DNA of 64,000 bases from Torpedo marmorata (Eukaryota). Made by a program: the position numbers and the translations under genes. The notes under the pieces were generated by a model. It was not told where the DNA came from. It did not search any database and worked only from the letters and a program-made list of their open reading frames with translations. Below are positions 1 to 13,374 of the stretch, one piece after another (within the stretch, counting starts at the first letter, position 1; each line of letters begins with the position of its first letter). The stretch lies in the NCBI GenBank assembly GCA_977017645.1, contig OZ360229.1, positions 11,904,001 to 11,968,000 of the forward strand, in the 5' to 3' direction.

Positions 1-494
1 GGGGAGTTTTATCTGCCTTCAATGAAAAGTAACTCATGAGATACTGGATGTGTACAACTTGGCAAAAGGTCTGTGTTTTCCAGGATCTTGTTATTTCCCA
101 TTGGTGGGTGGCAATTTTCTTTAGTTGGGGAAGGTTATGCATGTTATATGCATAGCCCATCCTCTCATTTGCTTCTGCGAATGATTGAGATTGTCCTCCA
201 AACACGCACTTATAACAATGAACCCCAAGTACTGCTGAGGTTCGTGCGACCTTGTGTCTGGTCTGACAGTGATGTAGTTTGAGCCCTTTGTCAGGAAAAG
301 CATGTAAATACACGAATAAAAAGGGAGGATATGATTGAGAATGACATACTCTATGTAAACTCTCTTCATTAGTGTTTTTTTCTCCTTTTAAATTGCAAGC
401 TGAATCACTGGCTTGGTGGTGCCCCGATGGAAGTTGAAATGATACTTGGCTCCGATTGTTTATCTGGTTGAAACTTAAAAATATAAACATTACT

Positions 495-690
495 GGAAGT
501 ACTGCAAAGTAAACTGTAGATACTGCAATCTCAAATTCAGGTCAGGCAGCAGCCATGGATAGAAATGGCTAGTCGACGTTTCAGGTTGGGACTCTCGACC
601 AAGTTTTAGCCCTAACGTGGACTGACCAATTCTACCAATGGATCCTGACTGACCTGCTGGGTTCCTACAGTATCTCATTGTTTGATTAAA
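495..690. repeat. Fold-back (inverted) remnant of a Penelope terminal repeat
   Basis: Arm 538-580 (caggtcaggcagcagccatggatagaaatggctagtcgacgtt) is a degenerate reverse complement of arm 614-656. The minus strand keeps GAAACGTC. It resembles the PLE end at 14900-15000. Confidence 0.65.
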
Positions 691-1554
691 AACTCAAAGC
701 CCACCTGGCAGCAATGATCATCTTCCTTCACGTTTCCCAGACTTGGGTTATCTACAGCAGGTGATTCAAGGTACTAGAGATACAAGGCCAGGTCTCTAAA
801 ATTCTTCATAACCAATGGCAGGTAAACTGAACCAACCTGAGCACCTTCTCCCCGGCCATGTCACTTCCATATCCAACAGACTGCCAAAACTGGCACTGTT
901 GTTTGAAAAATATTACAATGCAGTCAAAAAGGACTCTCCGGAGAGCCTTCTCAAAAAAGACAATGTCACTGACTCCTGCGAATAGCTACGCCATGCCGAA
1001 TCAGTAGAGAATGTGCCTTAAGGATGGTACTAAGAACTTAATCTATGCACAAGCATAGACAACTACCCCTCACCTTGTTAATGGCAAAATTCCCACTGTC
1101 CTCTTCACCTCAGAACATGCTAAACAGGACGTGAAAGTCAGCCTCAAGGTCCAGCTCAAAAGTATGTCATTGCATTATTTTCAGTTCAAATCAATTTTAA
1201 ATCATGTCCAAGACAAAAAGATGCATTACATATTCAAGTAAACGCTAGAGCCAATTAAACATACTTTTATTTGAGTTTTGATCACTAATATTCAAGTGAT
1301 CAATTTAAGAGCAGTTGTAAACAGCAATATTTAAAATTCACTAACCATCCCCAACAACTTGCTCTCAATGTACAAATACTGCAGAGTAAACATTTCTCGT
1401 ACACAATCCTCACAGTCCAAGGTGATCTAAATCATCCAATGTTTATTCCTTGCAACCAATGGTTATGTTACTCCAGTGAGGGCAATGGGGATATCATGCC
1501 AGTTCAGACCAAATGGATTTCAAATAAATCCACCCCCTCTCAAAAAAAAAATCA

Positions 1555-1760
1555 AAATTGCAGTTGCTGGAAATCTGGATAAACAGAAAACGCTGGGAAC
1601 ACTTGGCAGGTAAAGTGCATTTGTGGGAAGGGTAGCAAGCTTAACATTTCGGGTTTGTCAGTTCTGACAAAGGGCCTGGGTCCTGAAAAGTTGATGGGTT
1701 TTCTTCCCACAGCTGCTGCTTGACACACGTTTCTGCATTTTCTGTTTTATTTCAGATTTC
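1555..1760. repeat. Fold-back remnant of a Penelope terminal repeat with a decayed hammerhead core
   Basis: Left arm gaaatctggataaacagaaaacgctgg mirrors right arm gcattttctgttttatttcagatttc. The centre reads ctgacaaagggcctgggtcctgaaaagttga. Confidence 0.6.
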
Positions 1761-3409
1761 AACTATAACAATAGAGGCAGTAAACCAAAATAAAACTGTT
1801 AAAATACAAATTAAATTGAACTTCTTTTTAGGCTACTACTTAACCTGATACTTGTATACAGCAGAAATCATTAAAAAAAATTTTTAATGTGCTAATTCAT
1901 AATGAGAATTGTGCACGTCTCCTATAGATTTTATCCATATGATTATAGTAAACGTAATGAACTAAAACTGAAGTTAAAAAATGCCAGATGCTGATTAAGT
2001 GCAAAATTGGCAAAACAGCAATCTGCCATCGACTACAAATTCATGCTTTAATTAGGCCAAACTTGCTTACTTTTCAGTTCAATTGGCTACTTGTTTTCCC
2101 TATAGTGCAATACAGTACTGAGTTTGTTAGGCAGTTTATGGCATCTTACAATATAGCAAAAAAATGGATGGTGGAATGAGGTATTTTGTAACTATAATCC
2201 AAATCTGCATTGTGAAAATTATTTGTACCTCCAAGTCCGAAAGAGGAGCATACAATTTCATATTTTAATTAATATTTTGGATCACTGGTGGCAAAAATGT
2301 AACAGGACTTAAAAATATTTAATAAAATGAGGTCAGAATCAGCATGTTCAAAGTATGTTTAAAATTTCCATCCCTGAAGTTTCTAGCTTGTGCTGCTATT
2401 CAACTCATTATACAGGTATTTGAAATAAATACCGTAACACTGAATTAAGTGAAGCTCAACTTTATAAATACTCATAACATTACTGTCTCAGTTACACACA
2501 ATTGCTGTCCCAAAACAATTCATTGTCCCTTCTGCCTCACTGAATCTCCTTCCACATTGCTTGCTGTGACTTACATATTCAGTCTCATCATTTTGATTTA
2601 TTGTACAATAAATTGGCCAACGTATAACCACTGTCCAGAATGCAATTGCTTGAGATTGGACTATAGTCAGAACTTCCAATATTTAGTGTGTAAAATGAAT
2701 ATGCCACGCCAAGTAAAAACTTGCTGAACACAAGTGGAGATTTCAATTGTTGGAATGTGTCTAAATGTTACCAATTAAACTTTGGTCTTTTTCTTCTAAA
2801 TTTACAGCAAATACCATTTACTATCAGCGATCTTCTGTAACAATTTAAATCGAGCATCTTTTAACCAGTTCATAAAAGCAATGACATAAAAGAATTTACT
2901 TTTGTTAAACAGAAAGTGGATGCCTGATGACAGAATGAGCTAGTGCACATCATTCTATGGCAGATTATTTGAATCCAAGGGAAATCAATTCAAACACTTG
3001 GAGATTTCAACAGGGAGTTCTTCAGTGGGAATAATATCAAACAAAGAAAATCTGTACCAATCTTTCAAATTCTGGAAAGCCGGCTTTAAACAAATCAAAA
3101 CACTGCAGAGCATCAGATTGGCCCTTCCTTCCTGGCTAAATACTGGTAAGTAAATCAAAAATATTTTGCAGAAGCTAATGTGTGTGCAAAATTAACTAAA
3201 TATCATCAAGCAGTTAAAGGGACGAGATTACAGGTGGTCCAATGTGTTTTGAACATAAGGAAAATGGAAGTTGGTTTACTTTAAGAATATGAAGATGTCA
3301 AAAATATTACAAGGAAAAAAGCATTCCCAAGTTATTGTTCATACACTTCATGCTTTCTAGAGGAGGTGAAATACGGAGGCTTTACAGAAAAAAAGGCTTT
3401 CTAAAAAAT

Positions 3410-4810
3410 CTCTACAAGTACCATGGAACATTACAGCACAGAAAAAAAACCCTTTCGGCCCTTCTAGTCTGTGCCCAATCATTTTTTCTGCCTAGTCCCA
3501 CTGACCTGCACCCAGTTCATAGCCCTCCATACCTCTCCCATCCATGTACCTGTCCAAATTCTTCTTAAATGTTAAAATTGAGCCCGCATTCACCACTTCA
3601 GCTGGCAGTTCGATCCACACCCCACCACTCTCTGTGTGAAGAAGCTCCCCCTAATGTGCCCCTTAAACTTCTCCCCTTTCACTCTTATCCCATGTCCTCT
3701 GGTTTGTATCTCACCTAACCTCAGTGGAAAAAAGCCTACCTACATTTATTCTGTCTACCCCCCTCATAATTTTAAATGATCAAATCCCCCCCCATTCTTC
3801 TACGCTCCAGGGAATAAAGTCCTAACCTGTTTAACCTTTCCCTGTAACTCAGTTCCTGAAGTCCAGGCAACATCCTAGTAAATCTTCTCTGCACTCTTTC
3901 TATCTTATTGATATCTTTCCTGTAGTTAGGTGACCAAAACTTTCTTTTTTAAATCTCTTTATTAATTCCATAAAATCATGGATATAAACAGTTCATTCAC
4001 TATATATGTTTACAGAGAAAAAGCAAAAAGCATTATCACATGTAAAGGTAAAGGTTCCATTAATCCATTCATAACAGAGTATACATTACAGATATATATC
4101 AATTTTTTCTTTACAATTTAGTACTATACCAATAGGTATAAAAAGAACCAAGCCACAAAAAAATAATAGTAATCTCATCGTAATACATTTTTTTATAAAA
4201 GCTAAAGCAATCTAAACTAGGCTACCACCTACCCCCACCCCAGAATTGCACTGACCTGTAGAAATAATAACTTCAAATCATGAGGAATCATAAACTCTGA
4301 TAATAGTCGATAAAGGAACCCCAAATAATAGTAAATTTTAGGTTTAATTTAATATTTGAACATCTAATTTTTTCTAATGTTAAATAGGACATTAAACTTG
4401 ATAGCCAATCTTCATATATAGGATTACCATCCTTCCATTTTAGCAAGATCTGTCGCCTTGCAACCAGAGAAGAAAAAACAATCACACGTTTTTGATTATT
4501 AGTAATTTATTAGGATAATTTATACCAAATATTGCTATAAATGGATTTGGATCTAATTGAGTAGCTAAAACCAAAACTGCACACAATATTCCAAATTTTG
4601 TCTCACCAATGTCTTATACAACTTTAGCATAACATCCCAGCTCCTATACTCAATACTTTGATTTATGAAGGCCAATATACCAAAAGCTCTCTTTACAACC
4701 CTATCTACCTGTGACGCCACTTTCAGGGAATTATATATCTGTATTCCCAGATCCCTCTGTTCTACCGCACTCCTCAGTGCCCTACCATTTACCGTGCATG
4801 CCCTTTCTTA
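3410..4810 (-). mobile_element. CR1 LINE 3' fragment, interrupted by an L1 fragment
   Basis: Has a CR1-type 3' end (ccatggaacattacagcacagaaaaa...ccctttcggccc) and RT C-terminal sequence antisense-similar to the CR1 at 35400-36000. The sequence resumes after the L1 insertion at 4570. Confidence 0.8.
3942..4569 (-). mobile_element. L1/Tx1-like LINE 3' fragment (family B) with a 9-bp TSD
   Basis: ORF 4288..4485 (ARRQILLKWKD...YLTLEKIR...IWGSF) is an L1 ORF2 C-terminus. TSD ACCAAAACT lies at 3933-3941 and 4570-4578. Nearly identical to 47947-49620. Confidence 0.88.
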
Positions 4811-4859
4811 CCCATGAGCACTAAAAGTATTTTGTTCATCCATGAAGCATGTTTTTTTA

Positions 4860-4926
4860 AATTTTAAATTTAGACATACAGCACGGTAACAGGCCCTTCA
4901 GGCCCACAAGCCCGTGCTGCCCAATC
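4860..4926 (-). mobile_element. V-SINE 3' tail, split by a Rex1 insertion (continues about 5759-5790)
   Basis: tagacatacagcacggtaacaggcccttcaggcccacaagcccgtgc is the reverse complement of the SINE tail at 7365-7415. Confidence 0.65.
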
Positions 4927-5758
4927 ACAATTTATTGTCATGAACAAGTCATGAAATTCGGTGTTTTGCAGCAGCATCATAGTGCAAACATTCATATTAT
5001 AACCATATTACGACATTACTATAAAAAAATATATAAATAATAGTGCACGAAAAGTAAGGCAGTGTCTTTGGTTCATTGGTTATTCAGGAATCTGATGGCA
5101 GCAGGGAAGAAGCTGTCCTTGTGCCGTTGAGTGCTCGACTTTAGGCTCCTGTACCTTTTTCCCGGTGGTAGCAGAGTGAAGAGGGCATGGCCTGGGTGGT
5201 GGGGGTCTTTGAGGATAGAGGCTGCTTTTTTTTAAAGACACCACCTCATGTAGATGTCCTCGATGGAGTGAAGTCTGGTGCCTGTGATGTCACAGGCCGA
5301 GTTAACAACCCTCTGGAGTTTACTCTCGTCCTGAGAGTTGGCGCCTCCACACCAGGCAGTGATGCAACCAGCCAGAATGCTCTCCACGGTACACCTGAGG
5401 AAGTTTACGAGAGTCTTTGGTGACATACCGAATCTCCTCAGACACCTCACAAAGTATAGCCGCTGACGAGCCTTCTTTGTGATTGCATCAACGAGGAGGC
5501 TCCAGGACAGATCCTCGGAGATGTTGACACTCAGAAATTTGAAGTTCTTGACCCTCTCCACTACTGAGCCCTCGATGAGGACTGGGTCGTGTTCCCCTGA
5601 CTTCCTCCTGAAGTCCACAATCATCTCCTTGGTTTTGCTGACGTTGAGCTCAAGGTTGTTGTCGTTACACCATTCAACGAGCTAATCTATCTCCCTCCTG
5701 TACACTTCCTCATTTCCGTTTGTGATTCTGCCGACAACTGTGGTGTCATCGGCAAACT
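4927..5758 (-). mobile_element. Rex1/Babar-like LINE, 5'-truncated
   Basis: ORF 5232..5624 (MIVDFRRK...FKFL.VNISEDLSW...ARQRLYF) is an RT C-terminus. Nearly identical to 16085-16830. Confidence 0.9.
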
Positions 5759-6562
5759 TACACCCAATTAACCTACAAACCCCCATACATGTGAAATAAT
5801 ATCACAGATGGTCTCACCCAGTTGAATTAGGCAGTATCAATAAATTCGTTTGTGCAATTCTCAGATAACTAATCTTAAAACTTCATACCATTCTAAAATT
5901 TTACATGCATCACAACAAGAACTAATTACAAGCATGGCAAATAACACCAAAAAGCAATCAGAAAGCAGTAATATCTGGGAATGATTGTTTTGCTGAAATG
6001 TTTCACAATACCTCCAAATTTATTCAGCACCTACCAACTGCGCCAATTCACTTTCCTCATTAACATTGCACTCTTCCAAGCTACCCAGGGCAACTGTCAA
6101 ACTCTTGAAACCAAGCACCAGTTCACGTTCAAATCCTCTTTCTCAGGTTTCAGGAGTGGCACTCATTCCACAACCAACCATTCCACCCCTCAGGGCTCTC
6201 ATTATCCTGTGCCCTCAAATTTCACAATGCTTCATCAAGTTGCAGGCTTTGAAGTTTTCAAAACCTTTTCATAGGTAGACAATTCTGATCCTTCTTAAAA
6301 AGCAACCATTCCTTCAACTTTAGGCAAGATCAGTTTGAAGCTTAGAACTACAAGAGTGCCAGCCATCATTTCTTTGCTTTTTCACTCACCAGAACAGTAA
6401 AAAGCTCTCAAATCAAATTTCCTGGAAGGCTCATGTACCAGGAGCATACAAATGGCAAGGGTGGTTTGAGAAACTTCTATCCCATATACTTGCAACTCCC
6501 CTTTAGGATTTATTTCAAAACCAATTCACTCAAACAAGAACCATACCAAGTGTCACCATTTG

Positions 6563-7415
6563 AGGGCAGCACGGTTAGCGTAGCGCAGGGGTGGGCAACC
6601 TACGGCCCGCAGGCCAGATCCAAATTTATCTGGCCCGGTGCGCGGCCCCCCCTCAGTGCATGGCTCCCCCCTCCTCGGTTGTGGATACACCCCCCCCGCC
6701 CTCTATGCGAGACTCTGACCCCCGCCCTCTGCGCTGGAGACCCTCCCGCCCGCTGCGCGAGACTCCCCCCGCCCTCTCCCCCTATCTGTGCGTAAATCCC
6801 TCTCTCTGTCACTTCCTCTGTGACACGCCCCTCTCTCTGCGTGAGAGCCCCCTCTATTTGTGTGAGGCTCACCCTCTCTTTGTGTGACATTCTCCCCCTC
6901 TCACTGCTGTCTGTTTTGGGGTTAGTCATTTTGTTTTCATTGTGACTAATTTTTCTCCTTTTTGACTTATGATTTTTTTTAGTGTCATTTTAATGACTAA
7001 CTCGTGATTTTTGGTGCATTTCCAGATTTGAAGATGCCTTCCCTGACCTGAAATGCATCATCGCATTCATTCCATTTAATTAATTAATTTAAGTTTATTT
7101 ATTCATTTCATTTCTGGTAGCATCAGTGCGGCCCGCCGTTCAACCATCCGGCCCACGCATGGTAAAAGGTTGCCCGCCCCTGGCGTAGCGGTTAGCGCAA
7201 CGCTGTTACAGTGCTGCGATCAGGACCAGGGTTCGAATCCCGCGCTGTCTTTAAGGAGTTTGTACATTCTCCCCGTAACTGTGTGGGTTTCCTCTGGGAG
7301 CTCCGGTTTCCCCCCACTGTTCAAAACGTACCGGGGTTGTAGGTCAATTAGGTGCAATTGGGTGGCACGGGCTCGTGGGCCCAAAGGGCCTGTTACTGTG
7401 CTGGATGTCTAAAAA
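6563..7415 (+). mobile_element. tRNA-derived V-SINE interrupted by a hAT element
   Basis: Pol III B box GGTTCGAATCC at 7230-7240; V-domain-like ggagtttgtacattctccccg...gtgggtttcc...ccggtttcc; the tail is shared with the copies at 4860 and 38370. Confidence 0.8.
6586..7182. mobile_element. Non-autonomous hAT (Charlie-like) DNA transposon
   Basis: TIRs CAGGGGTGGGCAACCT and AGGTTGCCCGCCCCTG; perfect 8-bp TSD GCGTAGCG at 6578-6585 and 7183-7190, with a central TA. Confidence 0.92.
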
Positions 7416-10400
7416 AATTGCCATTTTCAATTAGCTGCTTGCAACTCCATATCCAAAAAAGCACAGATTTGGCGAATTCCATAGTGTACCAAATACTGAA
7501 GTGAATCAGATGGTGGGAATTCTCAAGTATTAGTTTTGAGCACTTAAAATTCATGAAAAAAAAGTCAGAATCTGCAAATCACTATCTCCACTATCAGTTA
7601 GCAAGTGCATTGAAACTGTCCCAGCATGACAAATGCATCAGATTTTGAGAAACTGGAGCAGAGACAGATGTCACTTTTAAGCCAGAAATGGATCAACCAA
7701 AGCAGATGCAACATCATCTTTGTTGGAGAGCTGATGCAACCACCAGCTAAACAATTCAAATTAAAACCAAAGTTCTCACACAAGAAAAGAATATTCACAG
7801 CCAAATCACCTGTCAAAAATACCGGTAGTCAGAAATGTAGGTTGGCATTACTGAGCTTCAACTACATTTATTAAAAATAAATGATTATAAATTGCAATTT
7901 AGGAGCATCTTCCACATACAAATTTCTCAATTCATTATATTACTCAGAATTAAAATGTAAATGAATTATTAACTGTAATTTGACTATTTTATAATGATTA
8001 AAAATCCTTAAAACCCTGGAAATATTTAGCAAACCATATAGATGGAAAATTATAGCATTATCATACAAATTAGAATTACAAAGGCTGCCTTGTAGGCAGA
8101 TTTTTAAGATTTACATTTCTATCAACAATAGAATGAACTAGAAACAAATATTACAAAAATATTTAAATTAAATTTTCCAAATTAAATCATTTGAGCCAGT
8201 TTTGATCAAGAGTGAGCAAATTAATAAAGTGGCTACTGTAGGAATGACTTCCAAACAAAAATTAAAGTTACAACTCAAGATTCCCTCTGTATTCAAAGAA
8301 TCAAATAAGCATTCATTTCAATGGTATGCTTTAGATAATCATGGCTATTTAAATGTAAAATTCAGGAAATTAAACTCCAATAGATGAGTCACTAATGTTA
8401 GCCATTAAAGGGCTTTTGTTTTGCTATGCGGTGGGCAGAAGAACTTCATTAAATATTGATTTCAAGTGACATTACACTCCATCATTCTGATGAGTCTGCA
8501 ACCTTTGAGTCCCTTTCCCAATGTTAACCTTAGAATAGCTAAATACACACTTAAACATCTTGAGCATACCAACTTGTGAGAGAAACAACAGTGAGCATGC
8601 TACAGGGCAGGCAAATGAATACCATTAATGTTCAGCTCAGAAGTAGACTATGTCGAGTTCTGATGCAAACCAAAAGAAAATCCCCATGAATGGAGTTACA
8701 TTTAACTGCAATGGAAAACGGAATAAACTGCATGTGGTTGAATACAGATAGGCATTTCTTTCATTGATGCAAGATGGTGTTGATGTAATCCTACCTAATT
8801 TAAAGACAGACAAACTTCAGGTAGCACTTCAGTTTTCTTCAGGCAAGCTAGAGAAGTTGTTTAAGAACGCCTGGTGCCTGGGCTCACTGTATTAATGTTC
8901 CTGATTTACATCAACTCCAAAGAACAAGCAGAAAGAGTAGGCAATACTATTTTTTAAGCCCGATCTACTTTCAATAAATAGGACCATGTGGTTCATGACT
9001 GCTTTTTGGATTGATCTCCATAACCCACAAATCCTCATTTACCCAAAAATCTATCGACCAGCCTTGAATTTAGTCAAGAAATTAGCATTTGCAAGCCTTT
9101 GGAAATTGCAAATCTTTGGAATTTTCAATACCCCAAAAATTTAAATTAGTATCAAAAGCTTTAAAATATCATGTTTTGGTTACCAATTACCACAATACTT
9201 TGAGTATTTATTGTTGTAAAGTGGAGATGGAATGAAATTTAGAGCTGAAAGACTTAGGAATGCAAAGTCTCAATCAACGAAACAAAAAAAAAATTGAGAG
9301 TAAATTGGCTGCAGATGAAGACTTTTGCTCAATTAATTGAAGATCTTAATGCCAGCATACATTTTTTCTCCACTATCAACGAACGGTCAGGAGTCCAAGT
9401 GAAAACACTCAATCCTCATTATCTACAAGGGATAGATTATGTACACAAAAAAACACTAATGCCCTCTCATGCATCCTATAGATATCCAAAAATATGCCAT
9501 CGATTGTTATAAGCATTAACATACATTAAAAATATCGAAATGCTGAAACGCCAGTAAACAAAACTGTTTCAAAAACATTCGTCATCTCGAGCACGGCATC
9601 TGAAGGACATGTGGTATTCAACCCCTTCCTGGATAGTGGTGAACTGGAAAAAGGGAGGTTCTTCTCAAAGAGGTGGGGGAGGGGGAGAGAGAGAGACAAG
9701 GAGCAAGGTGGCAACAAAGATGAGCGACAGGATTGTGATTTTTCCACTGTATTCCTCCCAGGTGGGAGGAATACATTTATACATATTCCCACTCAGTCTT
9801 TTGGATATTGTTGGCGCAGCTCAGAGCCTCTTAAAAAAATTATTCAAGATGGGATTTGGATCTATGAATAACATTTCACCAGATAAACAAATATTGAGTA
9901 TATTACACACTGGCTTCAATAAAGCTCGAAATCCATAAATCAGCCCACTTGATTGGCACTCATTTACCACCCTAAATATTTTATTCCTCCACCACCAGTG
10001 AGCTATGACTGCACTGTGTGCCATCTGCAAAATATTCGGCAATTACATGCCTAAGGTACTGCAATAACACCTCCCAAACGGCACTCTTTACCACCAAGAG
10101 CAACATGCACAAGGGAAGACCACCTGAAAGTGTCCCAAGTTTCACACCACCAGATTTAATGCATCACCATTCCTTCTTGTTTGGAGAACATATACTGGGT
10201 GCCATTGACCATCAGAACTGCAGCATTTCAAGGTATCTCATTATCATCATCCGGTCAAGGGCAACTAGGAATGGACAATAAAAGCTGGGCTCTCACATTG
10301 ACCAATAAACACCTAACAAAATGTAAAATAGTACATAATCTGTCACAGAACAGGGATTTTCACGATGCTTTTTCTACTTTGTTCTGGATGGTGTTAAACT

Positions 10401-11162
10401 TGCTTCACATACATCTTTTATCCAGGCAATTAAGCAGATTTCCATCAATGACTTGAATGTTATACATGACTGGGTCATTCAATACAGAATGCCTAGGATC
10501 TGATCTGCTCTTGTAGATGAAGCAATTCATGCTTAAGCAATGATTTGGAGGTGATGACCAAGTCATTGGTCACTGGCTGGAATTTGAAAACAAGCTAGGT
10601 TGCAATCCAGTTCTTGCTGTACACAGGCATAGATAATCACTCAAGATTATTATTATGCTCAGAGATCCAAGGATGCTAATTTTAGTTTAACGAAAGCTAT
10701 TGATGCAACACTTGGGTAGATAAAGCATTCCCAAGAAACAAGTCCAACTAAAATCTAGCAGATGAAATTGCCAACTGGTTTTAGTATTCATACAAGAAAT
10801 GGTGATGTGCAATGTGCAGGAGTGCAAGTGCATTAATCCAGAGTTAAAACAAAGCAAATAACTCAAAATTCTTTTATAGCATTTTCGACATGAAAGAAAT
10901 CAGGGATTTGTTCATTCCCATTTCCAATGTTTCCTTGAACAGAGTTTAAGATGCCTACTCTAGCCATTTGGATGCAACTTCACAAACATTGATTACTTAA
11001 ACCCACCATTGGCAAGTGTACAAATGGCAATAGCAATTATGGGTAGTCCAGAAACTACTAAAATATATTGAGTTATATCCTTTACACTATAGACCAGTTA
11101 TACTTTTAATCCAAAAATATTGCAGCTTTTCTGAAAATCAGAGAAGCAGCTGAGAAACTTAC

Positions 11163-11306
11163 TGCAGGCACCAGAAGTTTCTTAACCTCTTCGACAGCTC
11201 TTCGTAACTTCAGTTCTGCTCTGTCTTGAGTATCTTCCACAGTTATTAATACATGGAGCTCTTCATTCAGATGCTCCCAGTTGGGTTTTCCTCTGTTCTG
11301 TTCTTC
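11163..11306 (-). CDS. QKI: Quaking-family coding exon 4 (C-terminal half of the KH domain)
   Basis: gcag|GAA GAA CAG...CCT GCA|gtaag translates [48 protein letters not shown] (inside ORF 11106..11318). The 144 nt length matches QKI exon 4; phase 0-0. Confidence 0.97.
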
Positions 11307-11829
11307 CTGCAAGGACAAGAAACAGAATTATATAGAACAGAGCAGAGAATCAATATTTGGTCCACCTGGAGCGTGACCACGCAGGCCTCGTTCACTGAAT
11401 TACTTCAATACACCTTGCCCCTGCCTCTAATGCTTTGAGTCACCCAAAGCCTTCCCACCATAATGTTTTTATCCTGGATCCATTGGCCAGAAAAAAAATC
11501 AAAGGAAGCAAATTACAGGTGAAAAAAGGCCTATGCAGCACTCGAGTAACACTAGATAACATGCAGATAATGCATTAGAATGGTGCAATTAACTTTGAAT
11601 CAATTCCAAGCAGATTATCCAGAACATCTATCTTCTATAATTTAACAAAAGAGCGCTCTAGGTATATTACCCCAAATGCCTGGAAACCATTCCATTTGAT
11701 TTTCAAGCTAATACTATCAAAACTGCAAGGAGTTACTGCATCTCATGTCAAAACTACAATGAAATTACCTGGTTACAAAGCACACAACCTTCCACCAGCA
11801 CTTAGTTAACAAATGCAAAAACATTCAAA

Positions 11830-12115
11830 GTACAGGTTCCCCGACCAGGTTATAAACTCGACTTATGGATGCCCCTATATACAAGTTCCCATAACATTAT
11901 TAAAATTCAAAAGTCCAACATACATTTGAAAAAACAGACTAGTTTCCTCTCTCCACCTTTAGTAATTGTTCTCAGTCTCATCTGATTTTGATTCATTGGT
12001 TACAATACTGCAGGGGAATGGCTACAATAACAAGTAATTTCTGTGTATTTTCCAAGTTGCAGACAAAATGAACTTCGACATCTAAAAATGGACCCCGTTC
12101 CTTACCAGGGACAGA
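11830..12115. mobile_element. Old Tigger/pogo-like MITE remnant
   Basis: Starts ta|caggttcccc and ends in a degenerate ...ccagggacagact. Heavily decayed. Confidence 0.35.
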
Positions 12116-13374
12116 CTTTCAGATTGTCCTTTGCTTGCATTCTACTCCAACGAGACTGACCTGCTATCAATTAAATATTCAGCTTCCAAAGACCATCCCA
12201 CCATATAAAGAAAATCAGTACATGATGGGTTTCTCCCAGAATGTTCTTTCAATAATCCGACTGCTACGTTTTTCTGGAATATTCAAGTCAAAAATGCCAG
12301 ATTCAAAGTGTAGCTACCTCCCATTGAGGTCATCTCTTCAGAACTACAACGTGTGCATCATTTCTTGTGAAAAGAAACGCTGGTTCCAAGGGTATTATTT
12401 ATGATGATACAATGGGTATCAATTTAAAAAGGATAACCAATACCTCATGTAGCTGCACACAATAAAAATACAGCAACAAAAAACATGTAAAGGGCTCAAA
12501 CTCAAATAAATATTGAGGAGGGAGCTATGAAGGTCTAAATTTTTACTGGAACATTAGTTGGAAGCAGAAATCAGAATGGCACAAAAATCAAATTAACAAC
12601 CAGTTGAACAATTCTGCATTTGAGGACATAGCACAAAAGCTTATTTTGCCCCCCGACATTTGTGCTCCTATTTTTGCTCCAGTCTCTCCATTTTGTTGTT
12701 TAATTTTTTTCCCCCATGTTACCTACCATCACTGACTTGTGCTGAAGAATAGTACAAATGAAGAGTTGAATGTTGAAGATATCCAGGCGATTATCTCATT
12801 GAAATAAGATTTGCATCTTTCAACTTCCATAAATTGTATGACATCTGAAGTCAGTGAACAAATCTACATCAGGCTCACTGCTGCACCAATCCTGAATGCT
12901 GAAGAGTGCATGAAAATCCCTTGTTTAAAGAAAGACCTAATAAAGTTTAAATCCCTCCCATCACTGGATTTAAATTCAGGTCTTGCTACTTTGCACTAAT
13001 GAAAGCCACTACCATTTAGCTGTGTTGTGGTTTAACAGAATGCACATTCACCAACTATAATGCTTGTCTCACATTTGTCTCAAACTATTCAAGTGCACAC
13101 ACATGGCAAATTGAATCTTAAACTCCTTACACAAGCATTCAAAAGTGTACTTGTTTACTCAATGACCAGCCCACCACTTCAGCATTATATTAATTGATAA
13201 AAACCATTCAAATTCTGAGGATGGACATGTTGAAATATATACCGGTAGTTATTATTCTGCCAACTTGCAGGGATAAAACATTGAATCATTTTGTACATTC
13301 TATCAGTTTACCCAAATCGATCATCCTTCCATCCATCAACACAGAAACTGTTGGCGACAAACATTAAAACAGAT

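Noticed and set aside
700-1160. Possible RTE-type LINE remnant; also a possible old LINE 3' end at 9950-10300
   Set aside because: Only a vague resemblance; too decayed to support without a profile search.
6433-6929. Pro-rich ORFs of 98-120 aa
   Set aside because: They come from the C-rich low-complexity interior of the hAT MITE.
7190-7250. tRNA gene
   Set aside because: A B box is present, but there is no convincing cloverleaf and the sequence continues into a V-SINE body and tail.
1-11100. QKI exon 5 (AEGED.LKKMQLMELAILNGTYRD)
   Set aside because: Not found by eye on the minus strand; probably beyond the left edge, though I cannot exclude having missed it.
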